From: Myxococcales bacterium
GTDB taxonomy: Bacteria > Myxococcota_A > Polyangia > Polyangiales > DASUME01
NCBI GenBank assembly: GCA_047601445.1
Contig: JASGJH010000001.1
Span: 1,888,001-1,952,000 of the forward strand
Length of the DNA stretch: 64,000 bases
Reading direction: 5' to 3'
The translations under genes were made by a program, and so were the position numbers. The first letter of the stretch is position 1; every line of letters begins with the position of its first letter. Below, piece after piece: positions 51,768 through 61,285 of the stretch. The notes beneath the pieces are model-generated. The model saw only the letters and a program-made list of their open reading frames with translations, ran no database searches and had not been told where the DNA came from.

Positions 51768-53225
51768 ATGAAGTGGGCGCTATCGATCGCGGTTCTCGCG
51801 GGCAGTTTGTTGTCATCCTCCGTCACTCGGGCCGAGCCCGAGCTCACGAGCGCCGCCTTGCGCGAGCTCATCCCTTACGACCTCGACGGCGAGCGCACCA
51901 CGCAAGCTCTCTCCGTGTTGCGCGCCGAAGGCCGCACCGTCGCCAGCAGCAAGCGACGCGAAGAGTTGGCCTTCATGCGCGCCGTGGCGCTGAGCGACCT
52001 CTGGGTCATCGCGCGCGCCACCGGACGCGAAGGACTCGAGAAGCGCGTGGCCACGAGCCTCGGTGTGGAACCCGCGGCCGTGGCCCAGACGCTCGACGCC
52101 GAGCTCGCCACGGTCGACAGCAAAGTCGTGAGCGACGTGGTGGCGGACGCGCGCCAGGCGGTCCGCATGGCCCAGGGCACGCCCACCAACACGAGCGCCG
52201 GCTTCGGCGTGCGCAGCCAGGCACTCTTCCTGTCGCGCGTGACCGGCGCCCTCGGCAACAGCACCGACGGCCGTGAGAACGTCACGCGCCTGTCCAAGCT
52301 GGCCGACGATCCCTGCCCCCAGCTCAACGACAGCTGCGCGCCGCTCTACCGCACCTTCGAGCGCACGGGCCGACAGGCCATCCACGCCCTCGTCCTGGCC
52401 TCGAGCGCCCGCAAGGCGCTGGAGAGTGGCGCCCAGGATCCTTTCGTGGTGGCCATGGAAGGCACCATCGAGAGCCAAGGTCGGGCCCTGAGTAGCGTCA
52501 TGCTGCAGCCGAACGTTCGCCTGCCCCAGGCCCAGAGCCGCGTGCACGCGTCGCCAGCCGGTGCCGATGAGGCCCCCGACCTGCTGGTGCTGGTGGCCGA
52601 AGATCGCGTCGAGTACGCCTTCCTGCCGCGTGTACGCGTGGACGACAACGGCCAGGTGGTGCTGGACCAGAGCGCGCAGCCCGCGTTCCCGGCCTTGGCC
52701 CAGGTCAAGCTCGAGGGCACCTTCGCCCCCTTCGTGCGCCCCATCGAAGGCGTGGTCACGGCCCTGCGCAGCCTGCGCGAGAAGTTCCCCAGCGCCCGCG
52801 TGGCGGTCGGAGGAGCCCCCGAAATCAAGGGTCACATGATCGCCCGCACGCTCCTCTCGGCGCAGTCTGCCGGGTTCTCGGAGCTGTCGCTGCTGGGCGC
52901 CAACCCCGAAGGCGAGCTCCGCAGCGTCGGGCTCGAGCTGGTGGGCGCGCTACACGCCAGTGAAGTGGGTCCCCGCGAGGTGTCGGTGGTGGTGCGCCTC
53001 GGTGGCTTCAGCGTGAAGCGCGCCGGCCCCACGGTGACCATCCCCCGGCTCAAGCAGGAAAATGGCTTCGTGTTTGATTTCGAGTCGCTGCTGACTCAGG
53101 CCCGACCCGCACAGGCCAAGAGCGCCAAGCTCACCTTCATGTCGGACGTCGCCGCGGCCACGCTGACCGAAGCCGCCTTTTTGATGGCCCCGGCCCACCA
53201 GACGCTCACGGTCGTCCTGCCCTGA
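51768..53225 (+). CDS. Secreted hypothetical protein with possible tandem ExbD/TolR-like C-terminal domains
   Basis: Signal peptide ending TRA; ..ARTLLSAQSAGFSELSL and VVVRLGGFSV....IP...FDFESL segments. Confidence 0.7.
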   Translation: MKWALSIAVLAGSLLSSSVTRAEPELTSAALRELIPYDLDGERTTQALSVLRAEGRTVASSKRREELAFMRAVALSDLWVIARATGREGLEKRVATSLGVEPAAVAQTLDAELATVDSKVVSDVVADARQAVRMAQGTPTNTSAGFGVRSQALFLSRVTGALGNSTDGRENVTRLSKLADDPCPQLNDSCAPLYRTFERTGRQAIHALVLASSARKALESGAQDPFVVAMEGTIESQGRALSSVMLQPNVRLPQAQSRVHASPAGADEAPDLLVLVAEDRVEYAFLPRVRVDDNGQVVLDQSAQPAFPALAQVKLEGTFAPFVRPIEGVVTALRSLREKFPSARVAVGGAPEIKGHMIARTLLSAQSAGFSELSLLGANPEGELRSVGLELVGALHASEVGPREVSVVVRLGGFSVKRAGPTVTIPRLKQENGFVFDFESLLTQARPAQAKSAKLTFMSDVAAATLTEAAFLMAPAHQTLTVVLP

Positions 53226-53340
53226 GCCAGCCTGTTCTGCAGCTCCGCACACCCTGCCCGACCGAGTCGAGTTGACGGGCAGCCACCCCGCTTGTTACGC
53301 AACGCGGATGGTTGCGGCAGCCGGACGGGAAGGAAGTGCC

Positions 53341-54480
53341 ATGCGGAAACTCGGTTGGATCGTACTTTTGGCGTTGGCGGCTGGTTGCGGCGGCGACGAC
53401 CACAAGGCGAAGCGCCCCGACGGCGGTTCCGCGGACGGTGGCGGCGACGGCGATGGGCCCGGCTGTGGCATCGAAATCCCCGTGTACCCTGGCTACACCG
53501 ATCCACTGGTGTGGAGCGAAGCCAACCTGGCCGCCTGCAACGCGGCATGTCCCGGCCTGCAGTCCACCGACTGCATCCAGGCCAACTGCCCCGGCGCGGC
53601 CGACTTCTTCACGTGCCTCGACGAAGAGCTCTACGCCTGTCAGACGAGCCCCGGTCACGACTGCTATCGCGAGTATGGCGAGTGGAACTGCTGCGCCTTC
53701 GAGAACTGCGGCGACCAGCAAGGGGATTCCCAGGTGCGCGCGTGCCTGCAGCAGAACTGCAGCACCGAGAACAACACGGTGGAGGAGTGCTACACGGCCG
53801 ATCAAACGAGCCCCGGCTTCGTCGCTTGCCGTGATGCTGCCTACGACAACTGTCTGGGCACCGACTCGGGCGGCACCTGTACTCCCGCCGACGCCGATCC
53901 CATCTCCGGCTACGAGGACGCGCGCCCGTGGACCAAGACCTATAGTTCAGACGACTACGACGCCTGCATCGCGATGTGTAAGGGCCAGCCGAACCAGGCC
54001 GTGTGCATGAACTCCAAGTGCCCCGGCGCCCCCGAGTATCGCGAGTGCATCGTTGAAGAGACCGCTGCGTGCACGACGCAAGCCGGCGGCGAGTGCCGCG
54101 GCGCCTGGGAGACCGTGTTCTGCTGCGCCCGTACCAAGTGCGGCGGGGCCACCACCTCGAGCCAGCTCGACGCCTGCCTGCAGTCCGCCTGCAAGACCGA
54201 GTACGACGCCTTCAACACCTGCGACACGGGCTCCCGCGAGGGTCCCTGCAAGGCCCCAGCCGAAGCCGCCTGCGTCGTGCAGCCGGCCACCGATGGTGGT
54301 GTCCCGGACGGCGGTCCCTCCGCGAAGGCGCGGGTCTCGTCGGAAGGCGTCAACGCTACCCTGCTCCGCAGCCTGCGTAGCCGCAGTGACCTCCGCGGCG
54401 CGGGTCTGCGAAGCCTCCCCAAGTCGTTCTTCGAGCTGATGGCGCCGCGCAAGGCGCCCCTCGAGTCAAGCAGCCGCTGA
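53341..54480 (+). CDS. Cysteine-rich lipoprotein with an internal domain duplication
   Basis: LAAGC lipobox; two copies of a helical module with matching Cys spacing (AC..C..C...CPGA...C..EE..AC...G.C.....CCA...CG...Q..ACLQ..C.TE). Confidence 0.8.
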   Translation: MRKLGWIVLLALAAGCGGDDHKAKRPDGGSADGGGDGDGPGCGIEIPVYPGYTDPLVWSEANLAACNAACPGLQSTDCIQANCPGAADFFTCLDEELYACQTSPGHDCYREYGEWNCCAFENCGDQQGDSQVRACLQQNCSTENNTVEECYTADQTSPGFVACRDAAYDNCLGTDSGGTCTPADADPISGYEDARPWTKTYSSDDYDACIAMCKGQPNQAVCMNSKCPGAPEYRECIVEETAACTTQAGGECRGAWETVFCCARTKCGGATTSSQLDACLQSACKTEYDAFNTCDTGSREGPCKAPAEAACVVQPATDGGVPDGGPSAKARVSSEGVNATLLRSLRSRSDLRGAGLRSLPKSFFELMAPRKAPLESSSR

Positions 54481-54492
54481 ATCGACCGCGCG

Positions 54493-55170
54493 ATGGCATC
54501 CGTACAACGCACTCTGTTCGTGGGCGACGTGCATGGCTGTCTCGATGAGCTCAAGCAGTTGCTCAAGAAGCTCGCTGCGAGCACGGCGGACCGGGTGATT
54601 TTCGTGGGCGACCTGGTGGCCAAGGGACCGGATTCGCAGGGGGTCGTCGCCATGGTGCGCGAGCTCGGGGCGAGCTCCGTGCTGGGCAACCACGACGATG
54701 CCGTGCTGCGCTATCGGCGCGCCCAACAGAGTGGAGAAGAAGCCCGCATCAAGCCAGGCCACCTGGCCGTGGCGCGCTCGCTCCAAGAAGCCGACTGGCT
54801 CTGGCTCGAGCACCTTCCACTCTATCTGCGGGTACCCGAGCACGAGGTGGCCGTGGTGCACGCCGGCGTCGTGCCGGGCAAAGCACTCGAGGCCCAGGCC
54901 CGCGACGACCTGCTGGCCATGCGCACCCTGCGCAGCGACGGATCCGCCTCGCCGCGCCTGGAGGACGGCGATCTGTGGGCCGCCCACTACAAAGGGCCCG
55001 AGCACGTCGTGTTCGGGCATAACGCCATCAGTGGCCTGCAGCGCACCAGCTACGCGAGCGGCCTCGACACGGGCTGCGTCTACGGACGCGCCCTCACCGC
55101 GCTGGTGCTGCCCGAAAACACCCTGGTGAGTGTGGCAGCCCGGCGCGCCTACAAGGAAATCGGTCCTTGA
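54493..55170 (+). CDS. Metallophosphoesterase, ApaH/PPP-like
   Basis: GDVHG, GDLVAKGPDS, GNHD, VHAG, VFGH, LDTGCVYG..LTAL. Confidence 0.92.
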   Translation: MASVQRTLFVGDVHGCLDELKQLLKKLAASTADRVIFVGDLVAKGPDSQGVVAMVRELGASSVLGNHDDAVLRYRRAQQSGEEARIKPGHLAVARSLQEADWLWLEHLPLYLRVPEHEVAVVHAGVVPGKALEAQARDDLLAMRTLRSDGSASPRLEDGDLWAAHYKGPEHVVFGHNAISGLQRTSYASGLDTGCVYGRALTALVLPENTLVSVAARRAYKEIGP

Positions 55171-55544
55171 GCGACGACGTCCATCCTCGCATCCGCGTGC
55201 GCGCTTGCACGCGCGCCGAACTCTCGCCAGGCATGGTGATCCCCGTGGCCCTCACTCGGGGCGCCAATCGACGCCCGCGCGAAGCCCTGGTGCTGCTCGG
55301 CAGCGACGGCGAACCACGCGCCTACCTCAACGAGTGCCGCCATCTGCCCATCCCCATCGACCTGGGTTCGCGTCGCTACCTCACGCAGGACAAGCGCCAT
55401 CTTCTGTGCGGCACTCACGGCGCCCTGTACCGCCTCGACGACGGCGTGTGCGTCACGGGGCCCTGCCTGAGCCTGGCCCTGGACGCCCTCAAGCTCATCG
55501 AAGAAGACGGCGTGCTCTACATCGACGACACGGTCATCGGCTGA
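55167..55544 (+). CDS. Rieske [2Fe-2S] ferredoxin
   Basis: NECRH (CXH) and CGTHGALY (CXXH), G.CV.GPC; start overlaps the upstream stop. Confidence 0.9.
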   Translation: MSDDVHPRIRVRACTRAELSPGMVIPVALTRGANRRPREALVLLGSDGEPRAYLNECRHLPIPIDLGSRRYLTQDKRHLLCGTHGALYRLDDGVCVTGPCLSLALDALKLIEEDGVLYIDDTVIG

Positions 55545-56406
55545 GCTGCCCCTCCAGGCTGCTCCCGTGTGCGCCGAGCGCGGCAGGCGTGGAGAGCTTC
55601 CCGAGCTTGGCCCAGGGCTTGTCTTCGCTGTGCTTGAGCGGAGAGGAGCGCTGCGTGAGCACCTCGGCGCCGTTTTGGGTCACCACGATGGTGTGCTCGA
55701 ACTGCGCGGAGAGGCTGCGGTCGGCGGTGAGCACGGTCCACTTGTCGGCCTGCACCTCGCACTCGAAGCGACCCAGGTTGATCATCGGCTCGATGGTGAA
55801 AACCATGCCCGCCTTGATGCGCTTACCCGCCCCGCGCGTGCCGTAGTGAGCGACCTGCGGTGCGGTGTGGAACACGCGGCCGATGCCGTGGCCCACGTAA
55901 TCACGCACCACCGAGCAGCCCTGACTCTCGGCGTATTCCTGGATGGCCGCTCCGATGTCGCCAAGCCGCGCGTTGTCCTTCACCTCGGCGATGCCGAGCT
56001 CGAGGCAGTGGCGCGCGACCTCCACCACCTTCTTGGCCTCAGGACTCGGTTCCCCCACGTAAAAGGTGGCGCTGGTGTCCCCATGGAAGCCGTCTTTGGC
56101 CGGGAAATAGGAGGTGACGTCGACGTTGATGATGTCGCCGTCCTTGAGCACCTGAGCCCCCGGGATGCCGTGGCACACCACCTCGTTGACGCTGGTGCAA
56201 ACGCTCTTGGGGAAGCCGTGATAGTTGAGCGGCGACGGGATGGCGTTGTGGGCGAGCGTGTAGTCGTGCACCAGCTTGTTGATGTCATCGGTGGTTATGC
56301 CGGCCTTGAGGTGTTCACCCACCATCACCAGCGTGTCCGCGGCGAGCTTGCAGGCCGCACGCATGCGCTCGAGGTCCCTGGAACTCATAATCTCAATGCG
56401 GCTCAC
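55534..56406 (-). CDS. map: Methionine aminopeptidase type I
   Basis: FPKSVCTSVNEVVCHGIP, INVDVT, HGDTS, GHGIG..FH, FTIEPM, SAQFEHT. Confidence 0.97.
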   Translation of the reverse strand: MSRIEIMSSRDLERMRAACKLAADTLVMVGEHLKAGITTDDINKLVHDYTLAHNAIPSPLNYHGFPKSVCTSVNEVVCHGIPGAQVLKDGDIINVDVTSYFPAKDGFHGDTSATFYVGEPSPEAKKVVEVARHCLELGIAEVKDNARLGDIGAAIQEYAESQGCSVVRDYVGHGIGRVFHTAPQVAHYGTRGAGKRIKAGMVFTIEPMINLGRFECEVQADKWTVLTADRSLSAQFEHTIVVTQNGAEVLTQRSSPLKHSEDKPWAKLGKLSTPAALGAHGSSLEGQLSR

Positions 56407-56479
56407 GTCCCGATTCCTTTTCCCTAGATCGAAAGCCCACGGTGTGCGCCGGGGCGATTCACGAACGTAGCACGCATGG

Positions 56480-56517
56480 AAAAAGAAAAGCCCGAGCGAG
56501 GGGCATCTCGCTCGGGC
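56480..56517 (-). terminator. Intrinsic terminator downstream of the small acidic ORF
   Basis: 11-bp stem GCCCGAGCGAG/CTCGCTCGGGC with a 6-nt loop, followed on the - strand by TTTTCTTTTT. Confidence 0.8.
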
Positions 56518-56559
56518 GTAGCGCCCCGGGAGGCGGGGCGCGAAAAGCCATGGCTGAAA

Positions 56560-56730
56560 TCAGCGGCCGAAGTCGAGTTCCTCGACGTCGCGCTCCTCGA
56601 ACTGCGCACCTTCCATGCGCATATCCGCGTCCTTCCAAAGATCGTCGATGGACCAACCAAGCTTCTGGTCCGGGCGAATTTCCTCGCGCTCGAACTCTGC
56701 AAAGCTCCCGTAGTTTCTGGGTGCAGACAT
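56560..56730 (-). CDS. Small acidic hypothetical protein (56 aa)
   Basis: MSAPRNYGSFAEFEREEIRPDQKLGWSIDDLWKDADMRMEGAQFEERDVEELDFGR; AGGAGG/GGAG upstream; own terminator. Confidence 0.7.
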   Translation of the reverse strand: MSAPRNYGSFAEFEREEIRPDQKLGWSIDDLWKDADMRMEGAQFEERDVEELDFGR

Positions 56731-56930
56731 CTCCGACTCGCCTCCTGATTCCACTCTTGTGACCGTTGGTTTCAGCCCCCCGAACCCCCACAGCGTCCGG
56801 TCACCGAAACCACGTTGTCCTACATCGACGCAGACGCTACCACCCATGTCTCCGCGCACCAAAAAAGCGCGCGATTGGCACCTCCAGGTCCGGTATGCGA
56901 AGGTCGGGCCCACACCAGGGAGCAGCCCCC

Positions 56931-57701
56931 ATGGGCAGCGTCGTAGCGATCACGAACCAGAAGGGCGGCGTCGGAAAAACGACGACTGCCGTGAATTTGG
57001 CCGCCTGTCTGGCGGTTGCCGAACAGCGTGTGCTGCTGATCGACATCGATCCCCAGGGCAATGCCACGAGCGGTGTCGGCCACGCGCCTCGCGCCCAACA
57101 ACTGGGGACCTACGACGTGATGGTGGGCCGCGCGGGCATCCGTGATGCTGCCCGGGCCACCGACCTACCCTGCCTCAAAATCGTGCCCTCCAGCGCCGAC
57201 TTGGCCGCCGTCGAGATTGAGTTCGTGGACCTGGACGACCGCGCCACACGCCTCAAGAGCGCGATCGAGGCCGTGCAGGACGACTACGACTTCATCCTCA
57301 TCGATTGCCCGCCCTCGCTCGGTTTGCTCACGCTCAACGCGCTCACCGCCGCCAGCAGCGTGCTCGTGCCCATGCAGTGCGAGTACTACGCGCTCGAGGG
57401 GATCAGCCACCTGATGAGCACCATCGAGCGCATCAGGGCCTCGCTCAACCCACACCTCTACGTGCACGGCGTGCTGCTCACCATGTACGATCCACGCTCC
57501 AACCTGGCCAACCAGGTGGCGGAGGAGCTGCGCGAGCACTTCCACGTCTACGAGACGGTGATCCCGCGCAACGTTCGGCTTGCCGAGGCCCCGTCCCACG
57601 GCAAACCCATCATCCTCTACGACGCGGGCTCCAAGGGTTCCCAGGGTTATTTGAGCCTGGCCCGTGAAATTCTCGATCGCTTGCCGGTCGCAGCTGCGTA
57701 G
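56931..57701 (+). CDS. parA: Chromosome partitioning ATPase ParA/Soj
   Basis: NQKGGVGKTTT, IDIDPQGNATSG, IDCPPSLGLLT.NAL, QCEYYALEG, IPRNVRLAEAPSHG. Confidence 0.97.
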   Translation: MGSVVAITNQKGGVGKTTTAVNLAACLAVAEQRVLLIDIDPQGNATSGVGHAPRAQQLGTYDVMVGRAGIRDAARATDLPCLKIVPSSADLAAVEIEFVDLDDRATRLKSAIEAVQDDYDFILIDCPPSLGLLTLNALTAASSVLVPMQCEYYALEGISHLMSTIERIRASLNPHLYVHGVLLTMYDPRSNLANQVAEELREHFHVYETVIPRNVRLAEAPSHGKPIILYDAGSKGSQGYLSLAREILDRLPVAAA

Positions 57702-57860
57702 TGCGCCACACCGGAGATATCGTCAATCCTCGCGGCCGATGCGGGAGCATCCACGGCGTTGCCGCTCCTCGAAATATCGCCCAATATTCCTCGTCGCGGC
57801 GCCTTGCGGCTGCACCCACCTCGACCGCGATCCCTTGACGATATCTCGGGTGCGGCGCAC
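57701..57860. mobile_element. 160-bp MITE-like element with terminal inverted repeats and a TA duplication
   Basis: 26-bp terminal IRs 57701-57726 and 57835-57860 match at 24/26; TA on both flanks (57699-57700, 57861-57862); no credible coding capacity. Confidence 0.65.
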
Positions 57861-57916
57861 TAGGACTTTGCACGCGGGCCCACGCGCCCGCTTCGATACA
57901 GCGCGAGAATCACGCC

Positions 57917-58795
57917 ATGCAGGACAACTCGAAACGCCGCGCCCTGGGTCGAGGACTCGACTCGCTCCTTCCGGGTGGCGCCCCGGCCCCCGCTCCAGCA
58001 CCGGCCGCACCGCGCGAGATCACGAGTGCCCGTATCGAGGAGCTGCACCCGACCGCGGGCCAGCCGCGCCATATTTTCGATGACGAGCGGCTCGAAGAGC
58101 TCGCGCAGTCCATCCGTGAGCTCGGGGTGCTCGAGCCCATCCTGGTGCGCAAGCGCGGCACCGGTGGCTTTCACATCATCGCGGGTGAGCGTCGCTGGCG
58201 CGCGGCCCAGCGCGCGGGGCTGCACGAGGTGCCCGTGGTGGTACGCGAGTTCTCCGACGCCGAGGCCTTCGAGGCCGCGTTGGTGGAGAACCTGCAGCGC
58301 GCGGACCTCAACCCGATTGAAACAGCGCGCGCCTTTCAGCGCTTGATCGAAGAGCACCAGCACACCCAGGAGAGCGTGGCCCAGCGGGTGGGCAAGGACC
58401 GCTCCACGGTGGCCAACGCACTGCGCCTGTTGCGACTGCCCGATGCGGTGCTCGAGATGATGGAGTCAGGCCAGCTCAGCGAGGGCCATGGCCGAGCGCT
58501 GCTGGTGGCCAATGAGCCCAACGCGATGCTCAAGCTGGCCAAGTCGGCTGTCGAGAAGGGCTGGAGCGTACGCGAGACCGAGCGCGCCGCGCGCTTCGTG
58601 GGCCAGGCTGCCAAGGCCAAAGAAGGCGAAGAAAACAAGGCCAAGAGCGCCAACGTGCGCGACCTTGAGACGCGCCTGTCGCGCTCGCTCGGGTCGAAGG
58701 TGCAAGTGGCCGATCGACATGGCAAGGGCAGCATTCAGATTCACTTCACGAGCTACGACGAACTCGATCGGTTGCTCGAGAAATTCTTCGGTTGA
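57917..58795 (+). CDS. parB: Chromosome partitioning protein ParB/Spo0J
   Basis: ALGRGLDSLL ParA-binding peptide, QPR..F, IIAGERRWRA, ENLQRADLNPIE, HTH VGKDRSTVANALRLL. Confidence 0.97.
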   Translation: MQDNSKRRALGRGLDSLLPGGAPAPAPAPAAPREITSARIEELHPTAGQPRHIFDDERLEELAQSIRELGVLEPILVRKRGTGGFHIIAGERRWRAAQRAGLHEVPVVVREFSDAEAFEAALVENLQRADLNPIETARAFQRLIEEHQHTQESVAQRVGKDRSTVANALRLLRLPDAVLEMMESGQLSEGHGRALLVANEPNAMLKLAKSAVEKGWSVRETERAARFVGQAAKAKEGEENKAKSANVRDLETRLSRSLGSKVQVADRHGKGSIQIHFTSYDELDRLLEKFFG

Positions 58796-58813
58796 TCTCA
58801 CGAGGCGAGGGCC

Positions 58814-59668
58814 ATGTCAGCGCAGATTATCGATGGCAAGTTGGTCGCGGAGCGCGTGCGCGAAGAGGTCAAGGCACGGGTCTCGGCGTTCGAGCAGAAG
58901 ACTGGGCGCAAGCCTGGGCTCGAAGTGGTGATCGTGGGCGATGACCCCGCGTCCCACGTGTACGTGAACAGCAAAGAGAAGACGAGCGGCCTGGTGGGCA
59001 TGCGCGGGCTCGTGCATCGCCTCCCTGCCGACGTCTCCCAGAGCGAGCTGATGGCCAAGGTGGCCTCGCTGAACGCCGATCCCGCGGTGGACGGCATCCT
59101 GGTGCAGCTGCCACTCCCCAAGGGCTTCGACAGCGAAGCCGTGGTGCACAGCATCGACCCCAGCAAAGATGTGGACGGCCTGCATCCCGTGAACGCGGGC
59201 CTGTTGGCATCTGGCGGCCAGGGCCTGCGCCCGTGCACGCCGAGCGGCTGCATGCGGCTGTTGGCAGAGACCGGTGTGGAACTCGCGGGCAAGCGCGCCA
59301 TCGTGATCGGGCGCTCGAACTTGGTGGGCAAACCCATCGCGTTCATGCTGCTCGAGAAGAACTGCACGGTGACGCTGGCTCACTCGAGGACCAAGGACCT
59401 CGACCAGCGGGTGGCCGAGAGCGACATCGTGATCGCGGCCGTGGGCGTGCCCGAGCTCGTGAAGGGCAGCTGGCTCAAACCCGGCGCCGTGGTGATCGAC
59501 GTGGGCATGAATCGCCTGGCCGACAAGCGCTTGGTGGGCGACGTGGAGTTCGCGAGCGCCAAGGAGCGCGCCTCGTGGATCACGCCCGTGCCCGGCGGCG
59601 TGGGTCCGATGACCATCGCCATGTTGATGAGCAACACGGTGGCCTCCGCGGAACGACGCGGGCGCTGA
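58814..59668 (+). CDS. folD: Bifunctional methylene-THF dehydrogenase/cyclohydrolase
   Basis: [52 protein letters not shown]. Confidence 0.98.
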   Translation: MSAQIIDGKLVAERVREEVKARVSAFEQKTGRKPGLEVVIVGDDPASHVYVNSKEKTSGLVGMRGLVHRLPADVSQSELMAKVASLNADPAVDGILVQLPLPKGFDSEAVVHSIDPSKDVDGLHPVNAGLLASGGQGLRPCTPSGCMRLLAETGVELAGKRAIVIGRSNLVGKPIAFMLLEKNCTVTLAHSRTKDLDQRVAESDIVIAAVGVPELVKGSWLKPGAVVIDVGMNRLADKRLVGDVEFASAKERASWITPVPGGVGPMTIAMLMSNTVASAERRGR

Positions 59669-59713
59669 CGCTCCCCAGGACGCCGCGCCCCTTAGAGTGC
59701 GGGCGCCGAGCGC

Positions 59714-60631
59714 CTAGGCCTCGCTCGGGCGCAACGACCAGCGGCGCCACAGGGCGACCACGCCCAGCGTGATGACGATGCTGATCCACTGCGACGTGCT
59801 GAGGCCTACGTAGAGCCCGCGGTCGTCTGCGCGCAGGAACTCGAGCGCGAAGCGCAGCGCCGCGTACAGCACGAGGAACATGAGCGCGACCTGACCGTCG
59901 AAGCGCTTGTGGCGTGGCCCCCAGATGCTCAGGAACACCGAGATGGAGAGGCACCCAACCGCCTCGTAGAGCTGCGTGGCGTGCACGGGCAGCGAGGCCA
60001 GACTCGGTTGTGCCAGCACCCCTTCGCGAAACTGGCCCTCACTTGCCGGCGACCAGGGCGGAAAGCTCACGCCCCAGGGATGCTCGGTGACCAGGCCGTA
60101 GCAGCAGCCCCCGAGAAAGCAGCCGATGCGCCCGAAGAAGAGGCCCATGGCCACGCCCATGGAGGTCACGTCGGTGAGCTTGAGCAGCGGCAAGCCGTCG
60201 CGCTTCGCCACGCTGATGGCGGCCCAGGTGCCCACCACCAGGCCGCCGTAGTACGCGAGCCCACCGTTGTAGAACTTGGCCCACGCCAGGCAGTCGCGCG
60301 CCGCCGGCCGACACACGCTTTGAGCGGCGTCCCACAGGCCTTCTGCGGACTCGCATTGGCCCTTGGTGATATGCCAGGCGACCTTGGCGGGATCGGTGCA
60401 CAGGTGCACGTAGTCCCAGAAATAGCCGTCGGCCAGCACGTGCAACAGACGCCCGCCGATCACGCCGCCGATGATGGAGGCCAGGCCCGCGTCGATCACC
60501 GACTGGTGGTCTCGCCCGGTGCGCTTGGCCCAGCGCACCACGTTGTAGATGGCCACCGCGTACCCCAGCATGAGCATGCTGAAGTAGGCGGGGATGGGCT
60601 CCCCGAAGATTTCGCCGAACGTGGGCCGCAC
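59714..60631 (-). CDS. lgt: Prolipoprotein diacylglyceryl transferase
   Basis: GGRLLHV, GGLAYYGG, GRIGCFLGGCCYG, HATQLYE, RFALEFLRAD, STSQWIS; downstream of lspA. Confidence 0.92.
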   Translation of the reverse strand: MRPTFGEIFGEPIPAYFSMLMLGYAVAIYNVVRWAKRTGRDHQSVIDAGLASIIGGVIGGRLLHVLADGYFWDYVHLCTDPAKVAWHITKGQCESAEGLWDAAQSVCRPAARDCLAWAKFYNGGLAYYGGLVVGTWAAISVAKRDGLPLLKLTDVTSMGVAMGLFFGRIGCFLGGCCYGLVTEHPWGVSFPPWSPASEGQFREGVLAQPSLASLPVHATQLYEAVGCLSISVFLSIWGPRHKRFDGQVALMFLVLYAALRFALEFLRADDRGLYVGLSTSQWISIVITLGVVALWRRWSLRPSEA

Positions 60632-60640
60632 GGCCTGAGT

Positions 60641-61280
60641 TTAGCTGCGATCGGCCGAAGAACTAGACTCGCCGCTGATCACGTCGCTGCGCGGCGCGGG
60701 CTTCTTGAGGCCGTCGAGCAGCAGGAACCCCACGCCGACCGCGATGGCGATGTCGGCCACGTTGAAGGTGGGATACTCCCAGTTGTTCCGGATGTGGAAG
60801 CGGATGAAGTCCACGACGAAGCCGTGTCTCACGCGGTCGGTGAGGTTGCCGATGGCGCCCGACAGCACCAGGGGCACGCTCCAGCCGAACATGTTTCCAC
60901 CGGCGCCCCGCATGAACATCAGCGTGAGCACGATGCATGCGCCGATGCCCGCGACGCCGAAGACGGCCGCGCGCACCCAGCTCGGTGCCGTGCGCATCAT
61001 ACCGAAGGCTGCACCGCAGTTCTCCGCGTAGCGAAACTCTAGGTAGTTGTCGATCAAGGTGACCGTGCGCTCGGGCAGGCGCTGCATGCGCACGTAGCCC
61101 TGCTCGTCGGGCTGGCAGACGGGCGGCGGCTGGCCGGCGCGTGCGCGCGACAGCGTGTTGAGCGCCCACTCCTTGGAGGCGAGAATCCGCGAACGTGTAG
61201 AGCAGGAGGCTCACCAGCATGATGGTGAGCGCGCGCATGCTGCGAGGCGTGAGGGGATGGGAGGAGCTCGAGTTGCTCAC
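60641..61280 (-). CDS. lspA: Lipoprotein signal peptidase II with an apparent +1 frameshift at 61184-61185
   Basis: ENCGAAFG, GAIGNLTDR, VVDFI, FNVADIAI intact; removing one base joins the TM1 frame to ADLASKEWA. Confidence 0.9.
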
Positions 61281-61285
61281 AGCTC

